From UHGV virus genome UHGV-1358694: a stretch of DNA of 42,288 nucleotides; one strand, 5' to 3'. Below the pieces are notes generated by a model. The model saw only the letters and a list, made by a program, of their open reading frames with translations. It was not told the DNA's origin and made no database searches. This document shows, piece after piece, positions 7,583 to 15,850 of this stretch. Numbering within the stretch: the first letter of the stretch is position 1; each line of letters begins with the position of its first letter. Source of the stretch: a virus. Position numbers and translations under genes: made by a program.

Positions 7583-9939
7583 TGCACATAGATTTAGAGG
7601 TCGAGAACCATGAATATTACGGCTCTAAAGCAAGCCCATACTGTCCGGATAACTACGTTGTGGAGTCAGCGTGGCGAATTGATACAACGCAGGCAGATGG
7701 AACAACAACGGTTGGTAGCACTCAGTCAGTTCGCTATGCTAACAGGGCGGAGTTCTTGGCAGGAAGCAGTGCAGGTGCTGAGAGAAGCTGGTTTGTTATC
7801 CCAGAAGACTGTTGGCTAATAGTAGCACACAACGCTGCCTACGAAATCTCCTGGTTCCTAACGTACCAGCGTCAGAAGTTTGAAGCCTTCCTCAAGCGCG
7901 GAGGCAGGGTGTTCTGCACAATGCACGGGGAATACATAGCTTCGGACTTTCAGAGCATGTATCCGTCACTGGACGAGACAGCTCCTAAGTACGGCGGTAC
8001 GCACAAAGTAGACGGGGTTAAGATTCTCTGGGAGCAGGGTGTGTTAACCTCCCAGATTGACCCGATGCTGCTGCATGACTACCTGGTTAACGGGGACATC
8101 CCGAACACGGCCCTGTGCTTCTATGGCCAGTGCGCTACGTTCGCCCAGCGCGGGCAGATGCAGTACGTGTGGGAGCGTATGGACGCTCTGCTGGCTTGGG
8201 CGTACTGCGAGTGGTTCGGCCTGTTCGTGAATATGCCAATTGCGCGCAAGAACCAGGAGGAGCAGGAGCAGCGCATCCGTGAGATTAAGCAGGAGCTGCA
8301 ACAGTACATCCCGAAGGACTTGCCGGAGACGCTGGATTTCAACTTCGGGTCGGACTTTCATATGTCTGCGCTGGTGTATGGTGGACCTATCAAGTACCGC
8401 AAGAAGGTACCCTATGACCCTCCGCAGTACGTCAAGGCCGACTACTGGCAAGTCGGGGACACTTGGGTTGCCGTGGATGACATGCCCGCACCGCCAGGTG
8501 CGACCACGTACAAGTCCGGTAAGAACAAGGGACTACCCAAAGTATTCCGCCTTGATACCGAGGAGGAGAAGCTCAAGTGGGAGGACGACCTTTACTTCTG
8601 CCCGGGACTGGTGAACATACAGGAGCTGCCGGAAGTTATCCGGGAGAAGTATGCGGAGCGTGGAGAGTTCCGACAGGCGCGCACCATGCAGGACGGTACG
8701 CCAGTATACAGCACCAGCACAGACGCAATGGAGGCGCTGGCCCGCCAAGGGTTCGAGTTCTGTAAGTTGGTGAATGAGCTGGCGGCGCTTGAGAAGGACA
8801 CCGGTACCTACTATTTACGGGAAGTTCTGGATGCAAACGGAGAAGTCAAAGAGCGGAAGGGAATGCTGCAGTACGTAATCCCCGAACGCCCAGATGGTTC
8901 CGGTATCATACACCACCGGCTGAATACTTGTGCCACTGTAACCGGGCGCCTGAGTAGCTCTAATCCGAACCTGCAGAACCTGCCCCGCCCGGATGAGGAC
9001 GGTGATGGGGTAGCTAAATCCAAGGTGAAGCAGGTGTTCACCAGTAGATTCGGGGACAACGGGCGTATCACTGAGGTTGACTACTCGGCACTGGAAGTGG
9101 TTATGTCCTGTGTACACACGGGTGACAAGAAACTGCTGGGGCTGCTGCAGAGTGGTACGGATATGCACTGCTACCGCCTAGCTTTCCGTGAAGGATTGGA
9201 TTACGACGAGGTGTACTACCGCTGTCACGATAAGACTTACCAAGACTATAGTACGTGGAAGACAAAGCGTTCGCATATCAAGACCCCTAGCTTTGCTGCG
9301 CAGTATGGGGCTTCCGCAAGGGGTGTAGCCTTCGCCGCGGGTTGTACAGTGGAATTCGCACAAGAGTTCCTAGATAACGAAGCGCGTATGTTCCCAACAA
9401 CCATCGGCTTCCGCGCTGTTGTCAAGGAAGAGGTGGAGCGTAACGGTGCGGAGGGTCGCATGTACCGGGAGCAAGCTGACGACGGCAGCTACCGAATCTA
9501 CCGCATTGGGACGTGGACCAGCCCTGCTGGTGCCCGATACAGCTTCCGTCAGAAAGAGCAGTGGAAAGAGGTTGTGCCCGGGCAGCGTAAGCAGAAGGTA
9601 ATGGACTACAAGGAAACTGAGATGGCGAACTACTGGTGCCAGGGGGAAGCGTTCTTCCTGATGGCGGTGGCGGCTGGTATGGTTCTGCGTGCACTCTTGG
9701 CCCGTGACTGGTTCGACAATCAGGTGTGCCTGATTACGAACGTACACGATGCATTGTATCTGGACAGCGCCAACCCTGAGGTTGGACGTGAGGCGAGCCT
9801 GCTGGTTAAGCAGTGCATGGAGGATGCGCCTAAGCGTATCCATCAGCTCTGGCCTAACTACGGTATCATTGGCGAGGTCCCGTTCCCAGCAGAGGCTGAG
9901 ATGGGTACGAGTATGTACAGTAAGGAGAAGGTAGAATGA
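7582..9939 (+). CDS. family A (T7-like) DNA polymerase with N-terminal 3'-5' exonuclease (786 aa)
   Basis: N-terminal MHIDLEVEN matches the Exo I D-x-E motif of T7 gp5 (MIVSDIEAN). The polymerase domain has RQ/K..YG motifs and a C-terminal VHDA.. motif. The track ORF 7564 extends upstream only through a TTG. The ATG at 7582 overlaps the HNH stop as TAATG. Confidence 0.9.
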   Translation: MHIDLEVENHEYYGSKASPYCPDNYVVESAWRIDTTQADGTTTVGSTQSVRYANRAEFLAGSSAGAERSWFVIPEDCWLIVAHNAAYEISWFLTYQRQKFEAFLKRGGRVFCTMHGEYIASDFQSMYPSLDETAPKYGGTHKVDGVKILWEQGVLTSQIDPMLLHDYLVNGDIPNTALCFYGQCATFAQRGQMQYVWERMDALLAWAYCEWFGLFVNMPIARKNQEEQEQRIREIKQELQQYIPKDLPETLDFNFGSDFHMSALVYGGPIKYRKKVPYDPPQYVKADYWQVGDTWVAVDDMPAPPGATTYKSGKNKGLPKVFRLDTEEEKLKWEDDLYFCPGLVNIQELPEVIREKYAERGEFRQARTMQDGTPVYSTSTDAMEALARQGFEFCKLVNELAALEKDTGTYYLREVLDANGEVKERKGMLQYVIPERPDGSGIIHHRLNTCATVTGRLSSSNPNLQNLPRPDEDGDGVAKSKVKQVFTSRFGDNGRITEVDYSALEVVMSCVHTGDKKLLGLLQSGTDMHCYRLAFREGLDYDEVYYRCHDKTYQDYSTWKTKRSHIKTPSFAAQYGASARGVAFAAGCTVEFAQEFLDNEARMFPTTIGFRAVVKEEVERNGAEGRMYREQADDGSYRIYRIGTWTSPAGARYSFRQKEQWKEVVPGQRKQKVMDYKETEMANYWCQGEAFFLMAVAAGMVLRALLARDWFDNQVCLITNVHDALYLDSANPEVGREASLLVKQCMEDAPKRIHQLWPNYGIIGEVPFPAEAEMGTSMYSKEKVE

Positions 9940-10157
9940 GTATAAAGTCAGGCAGTGTTGTGGAGTTGATGGACCTGGGGCCTGAGCCGATAGACCCGCG
10001 GTCTGCAGCATACTTCACCCCGGGTACGAGGCACACGGTTATGTTCTTCGACCCGGTTACTGGGGAGATAGAACTAAGTTACCCTGGACTGTTAGTAAGT
10101 AGGCCGGGGGACGGTGTCACCTTCTTCCCCGGGGAATATAGGCTTATAGAAGAGTAG
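9936..10157 (+). CDS. hypothetical protein (73 aa)
   Basis: ATGA overlap with the DNA polymerase stop. Confidence 0.5.
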   Translation: MSIKSGSVVELMDLGPEPIDPRSAAYFTPGTRHTVMFFDPVTGEIELSYPGLLVSRPGDGVTFFPGEYRLIEE

Positions 10158-10244
10158 TGATAGGTGGACCCTTGGGTGGTGTAGGGGGTTAGGGTAGCAT
10201 AGAAATACACCAGGGTCAACTAAATAATTAAATAAAATTATTTG

Positions 10245-10299
10245 TTGACTCTGGCTCGATTCTGTGATTCACAGAGAATTAATGTGATACGAGTAGGAA
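10245..10299 (+). promoter_or_regulatory. AT-rich intergenic control region: -35-like TTGACT (10245-10250), palindrome TCTGTGATTCACAGA (10261-10275) and motif copy D (ttaatgtgatacgagtaggaa, 10279-10299)
   Basis: This is the only sizeable intergenic gap in the replication block. Copy D matches 17 of 21 positions of the 19-mer at 18323 and sits 20 nt upstream of the next gene. Confidence 0.45.
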
Positions 10300-10319
10300 C
10301 AACATAAGAGAGGCAACCC

Positions 10320-11351
10320 TTGGCTAAAGTTAGTCTAATTAAACTGTTTACTAAAGAGCAGCACCAGACAATCTTAAGTAGATTTCCTGATAATGTAGCA
10401 GCCGCTAAAGCTTACAACATACTGTTTACATACGGTGAGCCTTACTCTACGGTGGAAGAAGTAGCTGCCTGCAAGGACGACTGCTATGAGCATAAGGTAT
10501 CCCGCCAGCTTGTGCGGTATTGGCGCAGCATCTTCATGGATAACAAGGGCAGCAAGGCCAGTGCCAACCGCGGGCTGCAGGAGGCGCGTAAGCTAATCCA
10601 ACCAAGCCCAACGGACGATATCGGGAATACAAAGGTGCCGGATATGTGTCACCGCATCCTGGTGGTAGGAGACTTGCACGCCCCCTATACTCACGTAGAC
10701 GCCATGCCGTTCCTTGAGAGCGTGCGTGATGCGTACTGCCCGGACATGGTGGTGCAGGTTGGTGACGAAACCGACGGGCACGCGATCAGCTTCCACGACT
10801 CTGACCCGAACCTAGACAGCGCCGGGGTGGAGCTGGAGAAAGCCAAGCTCGTACTGGAGGAGCTGCATGAACTATTCCCGAACCTACTGGTTTGCGATTC
10901 CAATCACGGTTCACTCGTATATCGCCGCGCTAAAGCTCACGGTTTGCCAGTGCAATTTATCAAGAAGTACCGGGATATACTATTCCCTGAGCATGGTGCT
11001 CCGGCGTGGTCATGGGCCGATGCTTGGGTGCTCAATACACCGCTTGGGCCTGTCCGTTTCCAGCATCAAGTCAGCGGTGATTTCATGCTCAATGCATCCC
11101 ACGAGCGCACTTCTCTGGTACTGGGACATGAGCATGGCCGCTTCGAGGTCCAATATGCGGCTTCTTCAACGGCGCTGTACTTTGGTGCGTACGCTGGGTG
11201 CCTGATTGACCGCAAGAGCATGGCCTTTGCTTACGGCAGGCTCACCCGCAAGAAACCAATCCTGGGTGTGATGGTAATCACCGAGGGCTGTCCGCAGTTA
11301 ATCCCGATGCTGCTCGACGACGATGGTCGCTGGGTTGGTCGTACTAAATAA
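10320..11351 (+). CDS. calcineurin-like metallophosphoesterase (343 aa)
   Basis: Motifs VVGDLHAPY (GDxH), VQVGDETDGH (GDxxD) and CDSNHGS (GNH). TTG start with AGAGAGG 6 nt upstream. Confidence 0.7.
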   Translation: MAKVSLIKLFTKEQHQTILSRFPDNVAAAKAYNILFTYGEPYSTVEEVAACKDDCYEHKVSRQLVRYWRSIFMDNKGSKASANRGLQEARKLIQPSPTDDIGNTKVPDMCHRILVVGDLHAPYTHVDAMPFLESVRDAYCPDMVVQVGDETDGHAISFHDSDPNLDSAGVELEKAKLVLEELHELFPNLLVCDSNHGSLVYRRAKAHGLPVQFIKKYRDILFPEHGAPAWSWADAWVLNTPLGPVRFQHQVSGDFMLNASHERTSLVLGHEHGRFEVQYAASSTALYFGAYAGCLIDRKSMAFAYGRLTRKKPILGVMVITEGCPQLIPMLLDDDGRWVGRTK

Positions 11352-11364
11352 TACTGAGGTAATA

Positions 11365-11529
11365 ATGAAAATGGGAATCTGCTCTGTACTGGGCCTTATC
11401 TTTGTAACCCTGAAACTGACTGGCGTTATCGCCTGGTCCTGGCTGTGGGTGCTGCTCCCGTTCTGGGGGCCTGCGGTGCTCGCCGTAATCTTGGTGTTTC
11501 TGGCGGCCGCTGTGGCCTCCGGACGCTAA
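11365..11529 (+). CDS. small two-TM membrane protein (54 aa)
   Basis: MKMGICSVLGLIFVTL...LPFWGPAVLAVILVFLAAAV. GAGG 5 nt upstream. The track ORF from 11323 would overlap the upstream gene. Confidence 0.5.
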   Translation: MKMGICSVLGLIFVTLKLTGVIAWSWLWVLLPFWGPAVLAVILVFLAAAVASGR

Positions 11530-11580
11530 GCCCTGCATCTGCACGTAAATATCATTTGAACTAAACGAGGACGTAATTAT

Positions 11581-12405
11581 ATGACTATGAATGCACTGGA
11601 CACCCTGAACTCCCTGGTAGCTGCTGCGATTGAAACCCAAGATGTAGACATGCGTGAAACCTCACAGGGTGGTGCGTATGAGGATGTGCTGCTGCCGAAG
11701 GGTGAGTACTACGGCTACTTCACAGAGTACGTAGAAATTGGTAAGCGCCTACCGACTAAGGGTGGTAAGCCTACAGGTAAGCCTGCAGTGGCTAACGTAC
11801 GCATCGGCATTGTAGTGTTCGGCCCTAACGGTGAAGTGAAGCGTATCCGCCCGTTCCCGATGGCTATCAGTAACTTTGAGCGCGCAGGCTTCAAGAAGTT
11901 CTTCGACAAGCTCAACTACGATAACAGCATTAAGCATGCTGCGCAGCGTCTGGGTCAGGCCTTCACCTTCCCGATTGATGAGCACACCAGTGCCGCGGGC
12001 AAGAAGTCTAACATCGTGGACCTGTCCGGTATCCGCCCGATTCCGAAGTTCGACCCGAACACCGGCGAACCTATCAAGATGCCTGCCCTGGATGCCTCTG
12101 AGATTAAGCTGTTCCTGTGGAACAACCCGACCAAAGAGACCTGGGATAGCCTGCACATCGAAGGCACCTTCGACGACGGTAAGAGCAAGAACTGGATTCA
12201 GGAGGATATGTACAAGGCTGTAGACTTCCCTGGCAGTGCTCTGGATATTATGCTGAACGCTGGCTCGGTTCCTAGTCCGGCAGCTATGCAAGCACCGGCT
12301 GCTCCTGCAACCCCAGCTGCACCAGCAGCACCGACAGCCCCGACAGCCCCAGCTGCTCCAGTGGCTCCTGCAGCGCCAGCAGCGCCTGCTGCACCTCAAG
12401 CCTAA
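11581..12405 (+). CDS. hypothetical protein with a C-terminal Pro/Ala repeat tail (274 aa)
   Basis: GAGGA 9 nt upstream. The C-terminus is APAAPATPAAPAAPTAPTAPAAPVAPAAPAAPAAPQA. Double stop TAATAA, then a hairpin at 12429-12445. Confidence 0.7.
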   Translation: MTMNALDTLNSLVAAAIETQDVDMRETSQGGAYEDVLLPKGEYYGYFTEYVEIGKRLPTKGGKPTGKPAVANVRIGIVVFGPNGEVKRIRPFPMAISNFERAGFKKFFDKLNYDNSIKHAAQRLGQAFTFPIDEHTSAAGKKSNIVDLSGIRPIPKFDPNTGEPIKMPALDASEIKLFLWNNPTKETWDSLHIEGTFDDGKSKNWIQEDMYKAVDFPGSALDIMLNAGSVPSPAAMQAPAAPATPAAPAAPTAPTAPAAPVAPAAPAAPAAPQA

Positions 12406-12458
12406 TAAACCCTAACCGAAACTAATACGGCCCCGCCTAGGGGCCTTAGAGGAAGCCT

Positions 12459-12713
12459 ATGAACATCATCAACATCCTTATCAAACTCCTGAGCGCAGCC
12501 TACACAGCCGAAGCTAAACGCGCCGATGCCAAAGCACAGTTTAACGGGCAGTTGGCAGTTAAGTTCGCAGACGACGCAGTGCGCCTGGCCGCTCAATCCG
12601 AGGCGAGAGTAGAGGCCTCCAAGCACAGCAAAGAATTGGCAGCGGGGCACGCTTGTCATGCTGATAACCTGCGCGCTAAGCGCGATGAAGTAGCTAACTT
12701 CCTGGGGGTATAA
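12459..12713 (+). CDS. hypothetical protein (84 aa)
   Basis: GAGGAAG 4-5 nt upstream of the ATG. Confidence 0.55.
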   Translation: MNIINILIKLLSAAYTAEAKRADAKAQFNGQLAVKFADDAVRLAAQSEARVEASKHSKELAAGHACHADNLRAKRDEVANFLGV

Positions 12714-12716
12714 TTG

Positions 12717-13088
12717 ATGGATAAAGTATTAGACGCATACAAGAATCTGGCTATCACAGTTAGCGCTGTAGTATATGATGCTGCGGTGTACGGAGTACGC
12801 ATCCACCGCCTAGACGACGTCTATAGCGCCCTGGACAAGCTGGCCGCCATGTATGGTATGGACCTGGAGCTGGCCGCCACTGCCTTCAAAGAGCACAATG
12901 ACCTGGCGGCGCATGCAGATAAGTTACGTGGCGACGACCTCGTGCTTATCCGCGTTGTAGGTACACTCAGCATCGGGCTGGCTGAGATTGGTTCCTGCAT
13001 TTACGATGCAGACCAGAGTCTGCGTACTCCGGAAGTAATCGGGGACATGCTCGGCACCGTGCTGGTACTGTCTGAGTTGGAGGCTTGA
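12717..13088 (+). CDS. hypothetical protein (123 aa)
   Basis: The ATG lies 3 nt after the upstream stop. GGGGG upstream. Confidence 0.55.
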   Translation: MDKVLDAYKNLAITVSAVVYDAAVYGVRIHRLDDVYSALDKLAAMYGMDLELAATAFKEHNDLAAHADKLRGDDLVLIRVVGTLSIGLAEIGSCIYDADQSLRTPEVIGDMLGTVLVLSELEA

Positions 13089-13090
13089 GT

Positions 13091-13249
13091 ATGCTGTACG
13101 TATCTCGCGCAATTTACGTAGCTTTGATTCTCCCGCTGATTCCCTTGGCGGGGCTGTGTTACCTGGGCGACAAGCTCAGCAAGGCAAAGTGGGCAGAGCG
13201 TTGGGTTAACTGGGCCGACAAGAAGGCCCGTGATATTACGGGGCGCTAA
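13091..13249 (+). CDS. small membrane protein (52 aa), absent from the ORF track
   Basis: GGAGG 7 nt upstream. TM segment AIYVALILPLIPLAGLCYL. TAATG overlap with the next start. Confidence 0.4.
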   Translation: MLYVSRAIYVALILPLIPLAGLCYLGDKLSKAKWAERWVNWADKKARDITGR

Positions 13250-14217
13250 TGATTATCAACGGGGTTGACTTGTCCCAGCTCGGGGAGCAGTTAGCTCCAC
13301 AGAACTCTGGGAAGATTCTGCTGTATGACGCGGATTTCACAGTTTATAAATCTGCCGCTACAGTGAAACGTTTGGACACTGCAATCCGCCGCTTCTATCA
13401 GCTACTGCTTGAGGACATGTTCCTGGTCGGCTGCTCAGAAGCAGTGGCGTATCTGACGCCTACGGGGTGTGCTAAGTGCCTGCGCTGGCACCTACCTACG
13501 GCTAAGCCCTACCAGGGGCAGCGCGCTAATCGACAGGAGCTACCTCTCAAGGCGCCGTTGAAGCGGCACCTGATTGAGAATCCCGACCAGTATTCTGAGC
13601 AGGGTATTCAGGTAGTCAGCAGTGACTACTTCGAGGCCGACGACCTGTTCGTGATGGACTCATACGCCTTCGGGGACCGGGGAATCCTGATGTCCCAGGA
13701 CAAGGATTCCTGGCTAAGCCCTATGGCCCGGTTCGATATTCCGACCGGAACCGTGTGGCCTGCCTTGGATAACCCCTTCGGCTGGATTAAGTGGGATGAT
13801 ACCCAGGCTATGCCGGTGCGTGCACACGGCACTAAGTTCTTCTGGTGGCAAATGCTAGCAGGGGATGACGCAGATAACGTCAAAGGCATCACATTGCTTG
13901 ATGGGAAGCTCTGTGGGAAGCGAACGGCCTTTGATGCTATCTACCCTATTACCTCAGAGCAGGACGCCGCAGAATTCGTTGTAGCGGCCTATGCTCGAAA
14001 CAACCAAGACGTACTCGCAGAGGCTGAATGCCTGTGGCTGAGGCGCTCCCAATCAGATTCAGCGTACCTGTATCTGATGTCACTGTTGACTACTCCCAGT
14101 ATGCGTGACTGGGTGCATTCGCTGCACGAGTACCATAAACAGCATATACAGTGGATACAGGAGCACCCAGACAATGGCGAAGATGTCTGCGAAGGAAATG
14201 AGCCTGCGGGCGATTGA
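13249..14217 (+). CDS. 5'-3' exonuclease / flap endonuclease (T7 gene 6-like)
   Basis: ILLYDADFTVYKS (cf. T7 gp6 DGDWLVF), FEADDLFV and GDDADNVKGI (FEN-family GDxxDN) motifs. Confidence 0.7.
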   Translation: MIINGVDLSQLGEQLAPQNSGKILLYDADFTVYKSAATVKRLDTAIRRFYQLLLEDMFLVGCSEAVAYLTPTGCAKCLRWHLPTAKPYQGQRANRQELPLKAPLKRHLIENPDQYSEQGIQVVSSDYFEADDLFVMDSYAFGDRGILMSQDKDSWLSPMARFDIPTGTVWPALDNPFGWIKWDDTQAMPVRAHGTKFFWWQMLAGDDADNVKGITLLDGKLCGKRTAFDAIYPITSEQDAAEFVVAAYARNNQDVLAEAECLWLRRSQSDSAYLYLMSLLTTPSMRDWVHSLHEYHKQHIQWIQEHPDNGEDVCEGNEPAGD

Positions 14218-14377
14218 GTTATACTATGAGGGGAAACATGATGAACTTGAAACTATTCTGGATGCGCTGCGTGAACGAGCACCCAAAACACATCGAAGAA
14301 CGGTTGAGCATTTGGATTCTCTCATTCACGACAATGCTATGCTGGATGTAGTGGGGGAGATTCAGGTATGGGAGTGA
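14174..14377 (+). CDS. small hypothetical protein (67 aa; start uncertain)
   Basis: Internal ATG with AGGAG 10 nt upstream. Overlaps the exonuclease 3' end by 44 nt and the HNH start by 10 nt. Confidence 0.35.
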   Translation: MAKMSAKEMSLRAIELYYEGKHDELETILDALRERAPKTHRRTVEHLDSLIHDNAMLDVVGEIQVWE

Positions 14378-14817
14378 GCACACCTTGTATAGACCACGGT
14401 TGCAAGGGTATGGGTCTAGGTTACGCCACTGCTTGGTTTCGGGTGGACGGGGTGCGGAAGAGCACCACCAAGCACCGGGTTGTGTTTTACGACACGTATG
14501 GATACATGCCCGACGTTGTGGAACACTTGTGCAATAATCCCCGCTGCATAAATCCGGAGCACCTAAGAGCGGGGACGCACAAAACAAACTCGGCTTATAA
14601 GTATAAGTGTGGGCGCGGGAACAATAAGGCTATGGCACTGCGCGGTACCAAGAACGGCAGGGCCAAGCTAAACGACGACACAGTACGTTATCTTAGGCAG
14701 ATGCACATACCACAGGACCGAGAGTGGGGCGCATCCGCCATCGCCAAGCGGTTAAATATGGGTGTGGCTAGCACTTATAGAATGTTAGTGGGGGAGTCAT
14801 GGCGACACGTAAAATAA
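14368..14817 (+). CDS. HNH homing endonuclease (149 aa), intact paralogue of the pseudogene at 7130
   Basis: CIDHGCKG...GYATAW...HRVVF...VEHLCNNPRCINPEHLRAGTHKTN followed by a helix-turn-helix-like C-terminus. GGAG 8 nt upstream. Confidence 0.8.
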   Translation: MGVSTPCIDHGCKGMGLGYATAWFRVDGVRKSTTKHRVVFYDTYGYMPDVVEHLCNNPRCINPEHLRAGTHKTNSAYKYKCGRGNNKAMALRGTKNGRAKLNDDTVRYLRQMHIPQDREWGASAIAKRLNMGVASTYRMLVGESWRHVK

Positions 14818-15221
14818 CCCGGGCACAAATTCGCTCTGTAGCTATGAAGCTCGCCAAGGACCAGGGGGGCGTATGCCCCCTATGCGGTAAACCACTAGAT
14901 TTTACAATCAAGGGAGTAACAGGTGATTCTGTAGTAGTCGACCATTGCCACCTCACTGGCCGTATTAGAGGTGCACTTCACCGTTCATGTAACGGCGGAG
15001 AAGGCAAAGTGGCATCTGCCGCTGGGCGCTGGATTGTTGGTAGCATGCAATCTTCTGGGGCTATTGCTGAATCTCTACGTAGGGTCGCCGATTACTTAGA
15101 CCGTGAACCCACGGATATGCTATACTATACGCACAAGACACCGGAAGAATTAGCACAGGCACAGAAGCTCAAGGCCCGCAAAGCCAGAGCACGACGCAAA
15201 GCACGGGAGACTATTAAGTGA
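14799..15221 (+). CDS. endonuclease VII-like Holliday-junction resolvase (T4 gp49-like HNH/Zn fold, 140 aa)
   Basis: GGVCPLCGKPL...VVDHCHLTGRIRGALHRSCNGGEGK parallels T4 endo VII GKCLIC...DHDH..G..VRGLLC..CN..EG. Confidence 0.65.
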   Translation: MATRKITRAQIRSVAMKLAKDQGGVCPLCGKPLDFTIKGVTGDSVVVDHCHLTGRIRGALHRSCNGGEGKVASAAGRWIVGSMQSSGAIAESLRRVADYLDREPTDMLYYTHKTPEELAQAQKLKARKARARRKARETIK

Positions 15222-15709
15222 ATAAGTTCAAAGTTGGTGACAAAGTGGTACGTAAGCCAAAGAATCGCAGCGACATCTGGGTAGAATTCTGTGGGCGTAT
15301 CGGCACCCACTATTGTGCACCTATGAGTGTTTCCAAGGTAGTGGGTGAGTATGCTATGACCCTGGAGGGTCATGATAATGAATTTTGGTCGGTTGATTGT
15401 TTCGAATATGTTGGCACAACCAACCAGCCGCCGCCGGTACCTGGCATACCAGAAGAGACGCCCACACCCAAAGTGCCTGACGCAGTAAACTACCCTCAGC
15501 ACTACCAGTTCTTCCCGGACCTGGAGGCGATTGAGGTGATTGCGCGCAGTATGACGCAAGAGCAATTCTACGGTTACTGCCTAGGTAACCGGCTCAAGTA
15601 CAGACTGCGCGCCGGGAACAAGGATAAGCTGGAGCAGGACATTGCCAAGTCCGATAAGTACTCAGAACTGTACGAGCAACACCGAGGTAAGTGCATTGAC
15701 GCCAAGTGA
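15218..15709 (+). CDS. DUF3310-family protein with an N-terminal KOW-like motif (163 aa)
   Basis: GTG start overlapping the upstream stop (GTGA), with GGGAGA 6 nt upstream. The N-terminus MNKFKVGDKVVRK is paralogous to 3380. The C-terminus PQHYQFFPDLEAIEVIA...YCLGNRLKYRLRAGNKDKLEQDIAKSDKY matches the DUF3310 signature. Confidence 0.7.
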   Translation: MNKFKVGDKVVRKPKNRSDIWVEFCGRIGTHYCAPMSVSKVVGEYAMTLEGHDNEFWSVDCFEYVGTTNQPPPVPGIPEETPTPKVPDAVNYPQHYQFFPDLEAIEVIARSMTQEQFYGYCLGNRLKYRLRAGNKDKLEQDIAKSDKYSELYEQHRGKCIDAK

Positions 15710-15850
15710 ATGGTGCCACGGGATGTGGCAGAAAGCAGTAGAGCGTGGTGATGCAGCCGCCGCTAAAGACTACCTGGAGATGTACAATCTCTGGGTAAGT
15801 CGCAATCAGTAGTTAGAAGTACCGGACATAACCAAGGAGACTAAGCGCCT

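Noticed and set aside
8240-8614. 124-aa + strand ORF in an alternative frame within the DNA polymerase gene
   Set aside because: Arg/Ser/Thr-rich low-complexity translation, fully embedded in the polymerase reading frame. An off-frame artefact.
9370-10011. 213-aa minus-strand ORF inside the DNA polymerase gene; similar antisense ORFs at 1676-2185, 31942-32529 and 37347-37910
   Set aside because: Each lies wholly inside a well-supported + strand gene (polymerase, early protein, gp16-like protein, terminase). They lack an RBS and look like long open antisense frames typical of GC-rich coding DNA.
11749-12399. 216-aa minus-strand ORF
   Set aside because: It is the antisense of the Pro/Ala repeat region of the + strand gene. 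Its CWRCR/SWGCR repeats are a mirror artefact of the low-complexity coding sequence.
15722-15811. 29-aa ORF between the DUF3310 gene and the RNA polymerase
   Set aside because: Very short, weak RBS, no supporting features. The gap may simply be the long leader of the polymerase gene.
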